Below are positions 1 through 10,084 of a stretch of DNA of 37,922 nt, in pieces. Made by a program: the position numbers and the translations under genes. The DNA is from Candidatus Tectimicrobiota bacterium. Lineage in GTDB: Bacteria; JACPUC01. The DNA lies in NCBI GenBank assembly GCA_016192455.1, contig JACPUC010000015.1:62001-99922 (forward strand), given 5' to 3'. Position 1 is the first letter of the stretch; the number at the start of each line of letters is the position of its first letter. The notes under the pieces were generated by a model, which saw only the letters and a program-made list of their open reading frames with translations, did not search any database and was not told the DNA's origin.

Positions 1-131
1 TGAGGCGGAGCCTGCCGATCCGCGACCTGGGCGTCGACGTCTCGCCGATCATCGTGGTGCTCGTGGTGATGTTCCTGCGCTGGGCGCTCGTGCCATCCCT
101 CGAGGACCTCGGCCGTCTCCTGGTTCCCTGA
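1..131 (+). CDS. yggT: YggT family membrane protein, 3' part only
   Basis: Frame from nt 3 reads RRSLPIRDLGVDVSPIIVVLVVMFLRWALVPSLEDLGRLLVP*. GxDxSPII plus a hydrophobic helix is the YggT C-terminus, and the yggT-divIVA-yggU order fits. Confidence 0.8.
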   Translation, partial: RRSLPIRDLGVDVSPIIVVLVVMFLRWALVPSLEDLGRLLVP

Positions 132-184
132 TGCTCCGCCCGCTCAGCCTTTCCCCGCACCCCTCCCGGAGGAGGAAGACCACC

Positions 185-826
185 ATGAGAATCACGCCGC
201 TCGATTTGCGCCAGCAGCAGTTCAAGCGCGCGTGGCGCGGCTACGACCCGGAGGAAGTCGATGCCTTGCTCGAGGCGGCGGCCTTTGAGCTGGAGGCGCT
301 CCTGAAGGAGCAGCAGAATCTCCAGGAGCAGTTCGCCGGGCTTGCGGACGAGCTTGCGGGGGCGCGCGCGGAGGAATCGGAGATCAAGCAGATGCTGCTG
401 GCGGCGCACCAGGTGCGCGAAGACCTCGTGGCGCAGGCCACGAAGGAGGCCCAGCTCCTCCTGAAGGAAGCGCGCCTGCGCGGGGATGACTTCCTGCGGC
501 AATGCCGTGAGAAGGATCGGCGCATCACCACCAAGCTGACCGAGCTCGAGCGCCAGTACCAGACCTTTCGCGCCAGGCTCCGCGGCCTCCTCGAGACGCA
601 CCTGCAGCTCCTCGAGGAGAGCGGGCGCGATCTCGCTGCGCCTGAGCGGCGGGACACGCCGTCGTCGGAGGATGGGAACGCGCTGCCTGCCGCCCTGGTC
701 GAGAAGGAGAAGAGAGAGGCGGCGGCGCGCCCGTCTCGAGAGGGGCGCGGCGCCCCCGCCCCCGATACCCTCGAGTTCCCTGCCTCGTCCGCGCAAGCCC
801 TTGATGCCGAGCCGCAGCGACCATGA
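185..826 (+). CDS. divIVA: DivIVA domain protein
   Basis: ATG at 185 after GGAGGAGG. MRITPLDLRQQQFKRAWRGYDPEEVDALL is the DivIVA N-terminal signature, followed by coiled coil and a low-complexity tail. Confidence 0.92.
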   Translation: MRITPLDLRQQQFKRAWRGYDPEEVDALLEAAAFELEALLKEQQNLQEQFAGLADELAGARAEESEIKQMLLAAHQVREDLVAQATKEAQLLLKEARLRGDDFLRQCREKDRRITTKLTELERQYQTFRARLRGLLETHLQLLEESGRDLAAPERRDTPSSEDGNALPAALVEKEKREAAARPSREGRGAPAPDTLEFPASSAQALDAEPQRP

Positions 827-1197
827 GCCCGTCTGAACCGAAGTCCTCAGCCGCTGCGGACGCGGCGGCGTCCCTGCGGGGGTGGAGCTGCCGGGATGGC
901 GAAGGCGGGGCCGCGTTCACCGTCAAGGTCCAGCCGCGCGCCGCCCGCGCGGCCTTGGGCCAGGTTCAGAACGGCGCCTTGACGCTGCGTCTCACGGCGG
1001 CGCCGGTTGAGGGGGAGGCCAACGCGGCGTGCTGCAAGTTCCTCGCGAAAGTCCTCGGCGTCGCCGCCGGGCGCGTTCACATCCGGCGCGGGGCCGGCTC
1101 GCGCACCAAGGTCATCCAGGTTGAGGGGATCGAGGCGGCGGCCGTGCGTGCGCGCGTCGCCGCCCTCCTGGATCGGCAATCCTCCGCTCGCCGCTGA
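823..1197 (+). CDS. DUF167 / YggU family protein
   Basis: VKVQPRA...LRLTAAPVEGEANAACCKFLAKVLGV...GAGSRTK motif; ATGA overlap with divIVA. Confidence 0.9.
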   Translation: MSPSEPKSSAAADAAASLRGWSCRDGEGGAAFTVKVQPRAARAALGQVQNGALTLRLTAAPVEGEANAACCKFLAKVLGVAAGRVHIRRGAGSRTKVIQVEGIEAAAVRARVAALLDRQSSARR

Positions 1198-1206
1198 GTC
1201 TACCCC

Positions 1207-2325
<1,119 letters not shown>

Positions 2326-2339
2326 GCGCCGTTCGGCCC

Positions 2340-2368
2340 TTGACTTTGCGGCCCCCGCCGCGTATAGT
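2340..2368 (+). promoter_or_regulatory. sigma70-type promoter of the tRNA pair
   Basis: TTGACT (2340-2345), 17 nt, TATAGT (2363-2368), about 90 nt upstream of tRNA-Val. Confidence 0.75.
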
Positions 2369-2456
2369 GACAATCAGGCAGGTGTCAGCGGCTGACCGCC
2401 GGGCGAGCACGTGCGGCGCGGGAGGAAGGGCAAGCTGCACGGCACATTATGACACC

Positions 2457-2531
2457 GGGCGGGTAGCTCAGCGGGAGAGCATCGGCCTTACAAGCCGGGG
2501 GTCACAGGTTCAAACCCTGTTCCGCCCACCA
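2457..2531 (+). tRNA. tRNA-Val (TAC)
   Basis: Acceptor GGGCGGG/TCCGCCC, D-arm TAGCTCAGCGGGAGAGC, anticodon loop CTTACAA, T-loop GGTTCAAACC, encoded CCA. Confidence 0.96.
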
Positions 2532-2620
2532 TCCTGTCTGTTCGACACCTGAAGAAAGGTCTTGCAGCGTGCCGGCTGGTTGAGTCGGCGGCGAGGATGA
2601 TTTGCGAGCGTCACGAAGCC

Positions 2621-2697
<77 letters not shown>

Positions 2698-2707
2698 TTC
2701 GAGACAG

Positions 2708-2741
2708 AGGCCGCTGGAGGCTGCTCCAGCGGCCTTTTTTT
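2708..2741 (+). terminator. Rho-independent terminator after the tRNAs
   Basis: 12-bp stem AGGCCGCTGGAG/CTCCAGCGGCCT, 4-nt loop, followed by a T run. Confidence 0.88.
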
Positions 2742-2968
2742 CGTCCTGGGCTGTGGCTGTAGTGGCTGTGAGATCAAAGGGTGCGGGATGGGGCTGCCAG
2801 GTTCCGTTGGCGAGGTCTTCGATGTGGCGCTGGACTAGGTTCACCATCGCTGCGCTGGTCCAGCGACCATGCAATCATTTCGACGCAAGCCTCGATCCAC
2901 GCCGTGGAAGGTGGGCCGCGATGTTTTTGAAAGCTTACAGAGAGGCTGTTCATACCCGTTAGCCCCCG

Positions 2969-3745
2969 CTACCAGTGCCACCTTGCCGTGTACGCCTTGC
3001 AGATGCGGTCGAGCATGGCGCGGTACTGAGCGTCGACGTCGATGCCGAGGGCGTTGTCGCGCGCCACGCTGGGCGGATGCACGTTGTCAATGAAGACGGG
3101 AACGAGCAGGACGTAGTCGTATGCTGCTAGGTCGGTCCTTCCGGGCGGGCGACTCGGCAGCTCGCGGAACTTCTCGACGGTACGCTCTGCGTCCCGCGGC
3201 CGGTTGCGGCTCACGGCGCGTGGGAACTCATCCCACAGGGTCTCGTCGCCGGTGGACAGCCGCGGCAAGATTCGATCGGCGAAGTCCTCGGGCGGCACGA
3301 AGGGCTTCACGCGATCTGGAACATTGAGGACATGTTCAGCGACGCCGACAAGGACGGTCGCGATCAGGACGGCGTCGGGCTTCTTCTGATGAAGCACGCC
3401 GACAACGTCACTCAGATCGTCGTAGCGGTTGGTGCGATTGCGGTGCGCCGTAACGACGGACTTGTTCTCGACGCAGAGGCGCAACCGGCTGAGGTCCGGC
3501 TCGCCCGCATCGCCGCCGGGCTCGGCGACGACGAGGTCGAGCTTGCGCGCCCGGCCGCCGGGCGACGGGAAGTCGAGCCACTGACGGATGCTGCCACCGT
3601 CGATATCGCCCCGGAACGGCTCGCACTGTGCGCGTAGGTCGCGCAGGATGCCGCGGCTTACCGTGCCGGAGTGACCCTCGGTCCGATGGTTGTGAAAGCC
3701 TCGTGCCCTGACCTCGCGCACAACCTCGTCAAACGGCGTGCTCAT
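2969..3745 (-). CDS. Putative type II restriction endonuclease (PD-(D/E)xK fold)
   Basis: ATG at 3745 (MSTPFDEVV...), 258 aa. KLDLVV...LCVENKS fits a D...ExK catalytic motif. Lies 8 nt downstream of a DNA MTase on the same strand. Confidence 0.68.
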   Translation of the reverse strand: MSTPFDEVVREVRARGFHNHRTEGHSGTVSRGILRDLRAQCEPFRGDIDGGSIRQWLDFPSPGGRARKLDLVVAEPGGDAGEPDLSRLRLCVENKSVVTAHRNRTNRYDDLSDVVGVLHQKKPDAVLIATVLVGVAEHVLNVPDRVKPFVPPEDFADRILPRLSTGDETLWDEFPRAVSRNRPRDAERTVEKFRELPSRPPGRTDLAAYDYVLLVPVFIDNVHPPSVARDNALGIDVDAQYRAMLDRICKAYTARWHW

Positions 3746-3753
3746 ACAGGACC

Positions 3754-5163
3754 TCAGGCACGGTGCTCGAAAGGCAACGCCGCTTGCAGCACCGCGGCAT
3801 CGGCCCGCGCCACCGGCTGCCAGGCGGCAGCAACGTGGGCGACATCGAGGGGCACGGGCAGCCGTTGAAGCACGCGGCTCTGGAGCCGTAGGTATCCCTT
3901 GGAGGCGCGCTGGCAATTGCGCGTCAACCAGTCGTGCGCGGCTTGCGATCTCAGGTAACCCACAATGGCGTCGAGCGCCGTGGGATCCCTGGGCACGATA
4001 TAGTAGACAGAATGCCGTGGTACGATCTCACCCCGCCGATCCACCCAAAAGCGAGGTGTTTCGCCGATGTCCTTGCAGAGGATCTTTGGGCGCAGAATGT
4101 CCCGCAGCAGTGGCGTCTCGTGGAATGCATACCACGGCTTCCGCTTGACGCAGGTTCGCGACAACAGCCGGTGGCGAACCTCGTCGCGCAGCAGATAATG
4201 TCGCAAGCCCCCCAACCGCTCGAGTGGCAGCAGTCGCCCGTCAGCGTCATAGGGAATGAGCATGGCGCAACGCGGCGTGAGATCGGTCGTCGCCGGCGTC
4301 AGCTCGCGTCCGGCAATTGTTGGGTAGGCAAAGGGCCGCAGGGCTGGGTCGAGGTCGCCCGCCGCCCGCACGAAGACGCCGTCCGCGCCCGTCGCGACGC
4401 CGCAACTCAGCCGCAGGCAAAGATCGCCGAGCGTTACGGCCGCGCGCTGCGACGCCTCACCTTCAACCACCGGCAGCCATGAGTGCCGGCCGCGTGGCAG
4501 CTTCACCGTCGCCGTCGTACCGTCCCGCCTCACGATGCGCGTGGCGCCGGGCGGCTGCTGGCACAGCACGGTGATCGTCGGATACGTCACGAGTTCGCCA
4601 AATGTGTCCTCGCGGAGGAGGCGGATTTCCTCGACCTGCCGGCGTGCCAGTAAATCGCGCAATGGGCCGGCGGTCTCGACGTAGAGGTACTTCTCCGGCG
4701 TGATGAAGACGAGCCGGCCACCCGGCGCGAGCCTTCGCAGCGCCTCCTCGAAAAAGAGCAGATAGAGATCGAACCGGCCGCGCGCTGTGGTGTAGCGCGC
4801 TCGATACCGCGCTTTCTCAGCTTCCGACAGCTCCGTGATCGGCACGTAGGGCGGGTTGCCGATGATGTAGTCGTACGTTGTGCGGTCATCCGCCAGGAAG
4901 TCGGCGTGTTTGATGCGCACGCCAGGTTGGCGCTCGAACCTTGCCCGCAGCGCCGGCAGGTGACGCGGGTCGGCCTCGATGCCGGTAATGCGCGGAACCG
5001 CAACTCGTCGCGACTCGCACCAGCGGATGACGCCGTCGATGAACTCGCCCGTCCCGCAGCCGGGGTCCAGGAGTGCGTTGTCCTCCCCAGGCTGCCGCCC
5101 ACGAAACAGTAACTCGACCATCTCGTCGACGGTCGCCCGCGGCGTGGGCACGAAGCCCTTCAC
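3754..5163 (-). CDS. N6-adenine DNA methyltransferase, gamma class (TaqI/Eco57I-like)
   Basis: Motif I LLDPGCGTGEF precedes motif IV IIGNPPYV; DLYLLFFE and GRLVFITP motifs; C-terminal target-recognition region; GTG start after AAGGAG. Confidence 0.93.
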   Translation of the reverse strand: MKGFVPTPRATVDEMVELLFRGRQPGEDNALLDPGCGTGEFIDGVIRWCESRRVAVPRITGIEADPRHLPALRARFERQPGVRIKHADFLADDRTTYDYIIGNPPYVPITELSEAEKARYRARYTTARGRFDLYLLFFEEALRRLAPGGRLVFITPEKYLYVETAGPLRDLLARRQVEEIRLLREDTFGELVTYPTITVLCQQPPGATRIVRRDGTTATVKLPRGRHSWLPVVEGEASQRAAVTLGDLCLRLSCGVATGADGVFVRAAGDLDPALRPFAYPTIAGRELTPATTDLTPRCAMLIPYDADGRLLPLERLGGLRHYLLRDEVRHRLLSRTCVKRKPWYAFHETPLLRDILRPKILCKDIGETPRFWVDRRGEIVPRHSVYYIVPRDPTALDAIVGYLRSQAAHDWLTRNCQRASKGYLRLQSRVLQRLPVPLDVAHVAAAWQPVARADAAVLQAALPFEHRA

Positions 5164-5309
5164 GGCAGCTCCTTCATGCGGTGCGAATGGATTCGGATCG
5201 GCGAGGTGCCGACTCTCCGGGGCTGACGCTGCTCGGTTCGAGCCTCCTCACCCCGGCGTGCCTGAGCCGTGTTTGGCAACATCCTCGGCAGGGCGCAAAA
5301 CACCGAGAT

Positions 5310-5468
5310 CGCATCGGCGTCCGGAGGGGCCTCGTGGTGAGGTAAGCCCTTGCCGCGGCCATGATCCAGTCACGAACACCCGTCCGAAGCGAGGGCAACG
5401 TGCAGCTCCCGCTTCAGCTCGACATCCTGGACGTCGATGACGCTGTGCCTGCCTCTCGTAACAGGCAT
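5310..5468 (-). pseudogene. Frameshifted small controller-like (ribbon-helix-helix-like) gene upstream of the R-M genes; 3' end approximate
   Basis: ATG at 5468 gives MPVTRGRHSVIDVQDVELKRELHVALASDGCS* (stop 5370-5372). A second frame continues VRDWIMAAARAYL. Joined, they give a strand-helix-helix pattern. Confidence 0.5.
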
Positions 5469-5474
5469 GACGAG

Positions 5475-5503
5475 CATGTAACTCATAGGACATTGCATGT
5501 CAA
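5475..5503 (-). promoter_or_regulatory. Candidate promoter and operator for the R-M operon
   Basis: Minus-strand TTGACA (5503-5498), 17 nt, weak -10 TACATG (5480-5475). Inverted repeat GACAT-tgc-ATGTC (5489-5501) overlaps the -35. Confidence 0.45.
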
Positions 5504-5536
5504 GCTATTGCGGGCGCCAATTTTCGCAGCTTTCCC

Positions 5537-5564
5537 TTGACAGAGTGGGGGAGTTATGTACCAT
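5537..5564 (+). promoter_or_regulatory. Candidate sigma70 promoter, divergent from the R-M promoter
   Basis: TTGACA (5537-5542), 16 nt, TACCAT (5559-5564). Confidence 0.45.
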
Positions 5565-5792
5565 GCCCTTCAATCAAGAGGGTTGCTTGCTGGAGGGGTT
5601 TCCGTACGGGGTGGCTTAGGGGACCCCTGCGACCGGTGAAGGAATCCGTCGCCGGAGAAGAGAGATTGGAAAGCGGCGGAAAGGGTGCGGAATCTTGAAG
5701 GGGCCGAATTCTGCCCCTTATCTTCCGGTCATCCGCCGTCAGGGGAGTCGGCGTGGAAGTGGAAAGGCGCGAAGCCCTCGGAAGCTGTTCAT

Positions 5793-5809
5793 CTCGATCA
5801 TTGATCGAG
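5793..5809. promoter_or_regulatory. Perfect palindrome, candidate operator
   Basis: CTCGATCA-T-TGATCGAG in an AT-richer stretch upstream of the solute-binding protein gene. Confidence 0.4.
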
Positions 5810-6174
5810 TTTGATTTGTATAGGTGCCAATACTTTGAAGGCGGACGGGAAAGAAGCTCTGTCGCCCTGAAAACCCCACCATTCTCTCGCCGGCGAAGAC
5901 TGGGACCTTCTCTGAGTTTGAGACGGGTACGTGATCTCGCGGTGCTGCTCTCACTAACAGGAGCCATGTTGCTCCCAGCGCGGGGAGCACCGAACAAGAT
6001 TCCCGATCTGAGTGTGCCTCAAATCCCTCATTCATAGCAGGAGCAGCAGCCGGATCATCAGGGATGTTGCGGGGCAGTTGCCAACTGGGAACTCTCGGAA
6101 CAGAGTACGCGCCCGTCTTCACGGCGGCGCCTCGGGTTCCGATCACGCACCCAACCACACGAGGAGGAAAGGTC

Positions 6175-7356
6175 ATGCGTTCCAACCCCTTTGTCAGGGC
6201 ATCATGCCTGCTTCTCATCCTTGCGCTGCTGCTGGGCGCTTCTGCCTTTTCCGCCGCGGCGAAACTGGCCGGGAGCGAAGTCCGCATCGGGGTGATCATC
6301 CCTACCTCGGGCTACATCGTATTTTTCGGCAACCAGCAACTCCTGGCCTTGCGCATTGCGGAAGAGGAGATCAACGCCGCTGGGGGAATCGGTGGCTTGC
6401 CGATGAAGCTGATTGTTTACGATACCGCCTCGAAAGGCGAGACGGCGATTGCCGTGACGAAGAAGCTCATTGATACAGATAAAGTACTCGCCATCATTGG
6501 GCCGCTGTTGAGCAGCAATGCCGAAGTCACCTTCCCCGTGGCGAATCGGGCGAAGATCTCCATCATCTCCGCCGCCTCGGCCGCGCCGGGCATCTCCGCT
6601 CGCAACCGCCCCTGGGGCTTCCGAAATACCTCCACCAGCGACAAGGTGAGTGGACCGGCAATCAAGAAATGGGTCGAGATGCACGGCATCAAGTCCGTCG
6701 GTATTGTCACCGACGTCAAATCGGTCGTGAGCAAAATCTACGGCAAGCAAGTTGCTCCAACCTTGCTGGCGCAACACGGGGTTAAAGTGATTGAGAGCAT
6801 CGATATCATGACAACCGACATGGATTTCAGCGCCCAGGTCACGAAACTCAAAGCGGCAAAACCTGACGGCATTGTTCTCGCCGGCGAGTTCTTCCTGGCT
6901 GCCAATATCGCGCGTGAAGTGCGCCGCCAAGAGATGAAACAACCCTTCCTAGGCGATGTCACCATCTCAGGGACGCAGTACGTGGAACTCGGCGGCAAGG
7001 CTACCGAAGGCACCATCGCCGCCTCCGACTGGTGGCCGGCGAAGCCGGATGCCCGCGTCCAAGCCTTTGTGGAGAAATTCAAGGCGCGGGACCCCAAGAA
7101 GCAAGATCCCCACACTGTGGCCGCAAGCATGTACGACACGATTTACATTACCAAGCGCTTCATTGAAACCGGGGGGGTGACCAACAAACCTGAGGACCTG
7201 GCTGGCGACCGCGAGCGCATTAGAGATGGATGGGCGAACTTGAAGGATTACGCGGGAATCATGGGGCAGACCACCATCAACAGCGACGGCGATGGGGTGA
7301 AGGAACTCTATATCCTCATGGTGAAAGATGGGAAATATGTTCGCCTGGCCGACTGA
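6175..7356 (+). CDS. ABC transporter substrate-binding protein, branched-chain amino acid (LivJ/LivK) type
   Basis: ATG at 6175 after GAGGAGG; Sec signal ending AFSAAA; EVRIGVIIPTSG, EEINAAGGIGG, VLAIIGPLLS and DFSAQVTKLKAAKPDGI motifs. Confidence 0.92.
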   Translation: MRSNPFVRASCLLLILALLLGASAFSAAAKLAGSEVRIGVIIPTSGYIVFFGNQQLLALRIAEEEINAAGGIGGLPMKLIVYDTASKGETAIAVTKKLIDTDKVLAIIGPLLSSNAEVTFPVANRAKISIISAASAAPGISARNRPWGFRNTSTSDKVSGPAIKKWVEMHGIKSVGIVTDVKSVVSKIYGKQVAPTLLAQHGVKVIESIDIMTTDMDFSAQVTKLKAAKPDGIVLAGEFFLAANIAREVRRQEMKQPFLGDVTISGTQYVELGGKATEGTIAASDWWPAKPDARVQAFVEKFKARDPKKQDPHTVAASMYDTIYITKRFIETGGVTNKPEDLAGDRERIRDGWANLKDYAGIMGQTTINSDGDGVKELYILMVKDGKYVRLAD

Positions 7357-7446
7357 TCTTTCGCTCGCAGGCTGTTGGGCGCAGAGCGCAGAAAGCGGGG
7401 GACTGCCCAGGTCGTTCGTGTGCCGGCCGAGGAGAGAAGAGACGAC

Positions 7447-9081
7447 ATGTTGAAGCAGCGGTTAACACAACTCAGCACGGATCAGGACCTCACTCAGTAC
7501 CCCTATGCCACCTTGCCGCCGACGCCCGAGGCCTCCGAGCCCCGCTACGTTCCGGCTCCGATGGAGAGCATGCGCATTCGCATGCGCGACGGAGTCCACC
7601 TCGAGGCCGACATCTTCCGACCCGCCGCGGCGGGGCAGCGCTTCCCGGCCCTGGTGGCGTGTTCCCCGTATGGCAAGTTCATGCAGCATACGCCCATTTG
7701 CCACCAGGGCAACGAAGCGGGTGATATCGACTTCTGGGTGCGGCGCGGCTATGCGCAGGTCATCTTCGATGTGCGCGGCGCCGGCGGCTCCGAAGGGTTG
7801 CTCTGTTTCTTGGGGGATGCCGAGCAGCAGGACGGCGCCGATCTCATCGAATGGGTGGCGCAGCAGCCGTGGTGCAACGGCAAGGTGGGCATGATCGGCA
7901 TGTCCTACTACGCCATGATCCAGTACCTGGTGGCCGCTCAGCAACCTCCCAGCCTGAAGGCGATCTTCCCTTACGATGGCGCCAACGATCTCTACCGCGA
8001 ATGGATGAACACCGGCGGCCTCAACGTGCTCGGCTTCGACGCCGCCATGACCTACTTCATCACCCGCGCCAATCTGACCCCCGGCATCCCGCAGGAGCGG
8101 GCCGAAGCCCTGCTGGAGTTCGGGCGCCTGACGATGAATCGCGTCCATCGCGAAGATGGGCCGTACTTCTGGGAGCGTTCGGCCTGCTGCAAGATGGACC
8201 GCATCAAGGTGCCCGTCTACTGCGGCTCGGGCTGGTACAGCATCGGGCTGCACCTGCGCGGCGCCTTCACCGCCTGGGAGAACCTCCAGGTCCCCAAGCG
8301 GCTCCTCATTACGGGCAAGAAAGTGCCGGCGCGCCCCTGGAGGAGCTTCCATGTCGAAGCCCTGCGCTGGTATGACCATTACCTGAAGGGAATGGACACA
8401 GGTGTCCACGCGGGGCCGCCCGTGAACCTCTACACGCTGGGCGCCGAGGAGTGGCGCTCGCACCAGGACTGGCCGCTGCCCACCACCCGCTGGACCGAGT
8501 GGCACCTCTCCAGCGACCGCCATGGCCGGGGCGTTCTGCTGGACAGCCAGGCCACCCGCACCAGCACCCACAGCTTCACCACGGACCCCGAAAGCCCGGA
8601 GTGCCTCGAAGGCTTGCCGGCCTTGGTCTACCGCACCGAGCCGTTCGAGCGAGACACCGAAATCACGGGGCCGGTCGCCCTCTACCTGGTGGGCTCGGCC
8701 GATCAGCCGGAGACGTTTTGGATCGCCAAGGTGTTGGACGAAGATGCGGCAGGCCAGACGCGGGTGCTGACCAAAGGATGGCTGCGCGGAACGCACCGCG
8801 CTCTGGATCGGGAGCGCTCCAGACCGTGGCGTCCGTTCCATCCACACCGGCAGGGGGAGCCGCTCGTGCCGGGAGAGCCGACGGAGTTTCCCATCGAGAT
8901 TTGGCCCACCTCCAACGTCTTCAAGGCCGGCCACCGCTTCCGCCTGGAGGTCTCGGCGTGTGACAGCCCTGCCTATGACCTCCCCTTCGCCCACTACCCG
9001 TACAGTCGCGTCGTCACCAACACCGTCCATGAGGGGGGCGCGCGGGGCTCAAAACTCCTCGTTCCCCTCATTCCATCTTGA
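7447..9081 (+). CDS. CocE/NonD family hydrolase (peptidase S15-like), copy 1
   Basis: MRDGVHLEADIFRP, SPYGK, DVRGAGGSEG, QPWCNGKVGMIGMSYYA (nucleophile elbow), EITGPV, LTKGWLRGTHR and IWPTSNVFKAGHR motifs. Confidence 0.93.
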   Translation: MLKQRLTQLSTDQDLTQYPYATLPPTPEASEPRYVPAPMESMRIRMRDGVHLEADIFRPAAAGQRFPALVACSPYGKFMQHTPICHQGNEAGDIDFWVRRGYAQVIFDVRGAGGSEGLLCFLGDAEQQDGADLIEWVAQQPWCNGKVGMIGMSYYAMIQYLVAAQQPPSLKAIFPYDGANDLYREWMNTGGLNVLGFDAAMTYFITRANLTPGIPQERAEALLEFGRLTMNRVHREDGPYFWERSACCKMDRIKVPVYCGSGWYSIGLHLRGAFTAWENLQVPKRLLITGKKVPARPWRSFHVEALRWYDHYLKGMDTGVHAGPPVNLYTLGAEEWRSHQDWPLPTTRWTEWHLSSDRHGRGVLLDSQATRTSTHSFTTDPESPECLEGLPALVYRTEPFERDTEITGPVALYLVGSADQPETFWIAKVLDEDAAGQTRVLTKGWLRGTHRALDRERSRPWRPFHPHRQGEPLVPGEPTEFPIEIWPTSNVFKAGHRFRLEVSACDSPAYDLPFAHYPYSRVVTNTVHEGGARGSKLLVPLIPS

Positions 9082-9281
9082 TCAACAGGAGGGGGTGGAG
9101 ACCCCGCTTCCCGAGAAGCAGGCGACCTGGTGGTGGAGCATGCTTCTCTTCCGGGGTGGCGGCGGGGATCCAGACCTTAGGTGTGGGTTCGAGGCAGTTC
9201 CCCATGGGCCTTTGGCCCACCCGCAAGGTCATGAAAATAAGCGGACACTTTATTTCTCAGCCGGCTTTCATCCCATCCACC

Positions 9282-9309
9282 GCAGGGGCGGTTCGCGAAC
9301 CGCCCCTAC
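9282..9309. repeat. GTAG-type REP-like palindrome
   Basis: GCAGGGGCGGTTCGCGAACCGCCCCTAC; near-identical copy at 33916-33943. Confidence 0.8.
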
Positions 9310-9387
9310 ATCGGGATGCAAGAAACCGTGGAGGGAGGCGAATATCGGTGCGCATCCATGTTGAGCGCTGGTTCCTTCCCCTTCCTT

Positions 9388-9451
9388 CTCCGCGCCCTCT
9401 GCGTCTCCGCGGTGCACTCCATTGAACCGCAGAGGCGTAGAGAACGCAGAG
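9388..9451. repeat. Inverted pair of short ACCGCAGAG/CGCAGAG-type units
   Basis: Reverse complement of 9388-9414 (CACCGCGGAGACGCAGAGGGCGCGGAG) matches 9425-9451 (AACCGCAGAGGCGTAGAGAACGCAGAG) at 20/27 positions by eye. Confidence 0.6.
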
Positions 9452-9691
9452 GTGAAGGACACCGGCCGCACGAACGTCAGCCTCCCCATCACGTGAAATC
9501 AACCACGTGGAGGTTCTTTTTTCTAAGCGGGGAAGAAGAGCGAGGTTCGGGGCCTGGGCATGGCGACCGCCCATGGCGCGTCGGCCTCGTTGACCGTAGG
9601 TACGGCGTCAGCCACGGCGATGACTATCTTCATGAAGGGGGAGGCGTTCAGACGAGCTCCGGCGGTTGGGGGGCTAGGTCTGCCTGCGGCC

Positions 9692-10084
9692 TCAGACACG
9701 GGAGTGGTACCAGGTGTCGAGGTCGATGACCTCGGCCAGGCGGGTGCTGGTGTGGCGCAAGCGCTCGATCAGGGAACCGAGGATGTACTGCATCGCCAGC
9801 GGCATGGAGGCGAGGAGGCGGCGAAATTCGCTCTCCGGCACGACGGCCACGCGCACGCGCTCAAGCGCCGCCACCGCCGCCGAGCGCGCGCCGCGGTCAA
9901 TGATCCCCATCTCCCCGAAGACCTCACCCTTGCTGAGCACGCGCAGACTCACCTTGCGCCGATTGACGGTCTTGAACACCTCGACACGGCCTTCCAGAAT
10001 CACGTAGGCGCTCGTGCCCATGGCGTCCTCGGCGACGATCACCTCGCCAGCCCCGTAGCTCTCCTCCGGTAGATGCCCCTGCAT
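9692..10084 (-). CDS. Stand-alone cyclic-nucleotide-binding domain protein
   Basis: ATG at 10084 after GGAGGGA, 130 aa. GEVIVAE..G.SAYVILEGRVEV...GEVFGEMGII...RSA phosphate-binding cassette. No HTH domain. Confidence 0.9.
   Translation of the reverse strand: MQGHLPEESYGAGEVIVAEDAMGTSAYVILEGRVEVFKTVNRRKVSLRVLSKGEVFGEMGIIDRGARSAAVAALERVRVAVVPESEFRRLLASMPLAMQYILGSLIERLRHTSTRLAEVIDLDTWYHSRV

Noticed and set aside
5236-5257. GTTCGAGCCTCCTCACCCCGGC as a degenerate att copy of the tRNA-Asp 3' end
   Set aside because: It needs three mismatches and a gap in 23 nt and would separate the R-M genes from their own promoter and controller; it may be chance.
5560-6170. Known riboswitch or T-box in the long leader
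   Set aside because: I could not recognise the consensus of any known riboswitch class by eye.
9692-10084. cNMP-domain protein as the FNR/CRP regulator of the nxr operon
   Set aside because: It has no HTH DNA-binding domain and no FNR cysteine cluster.
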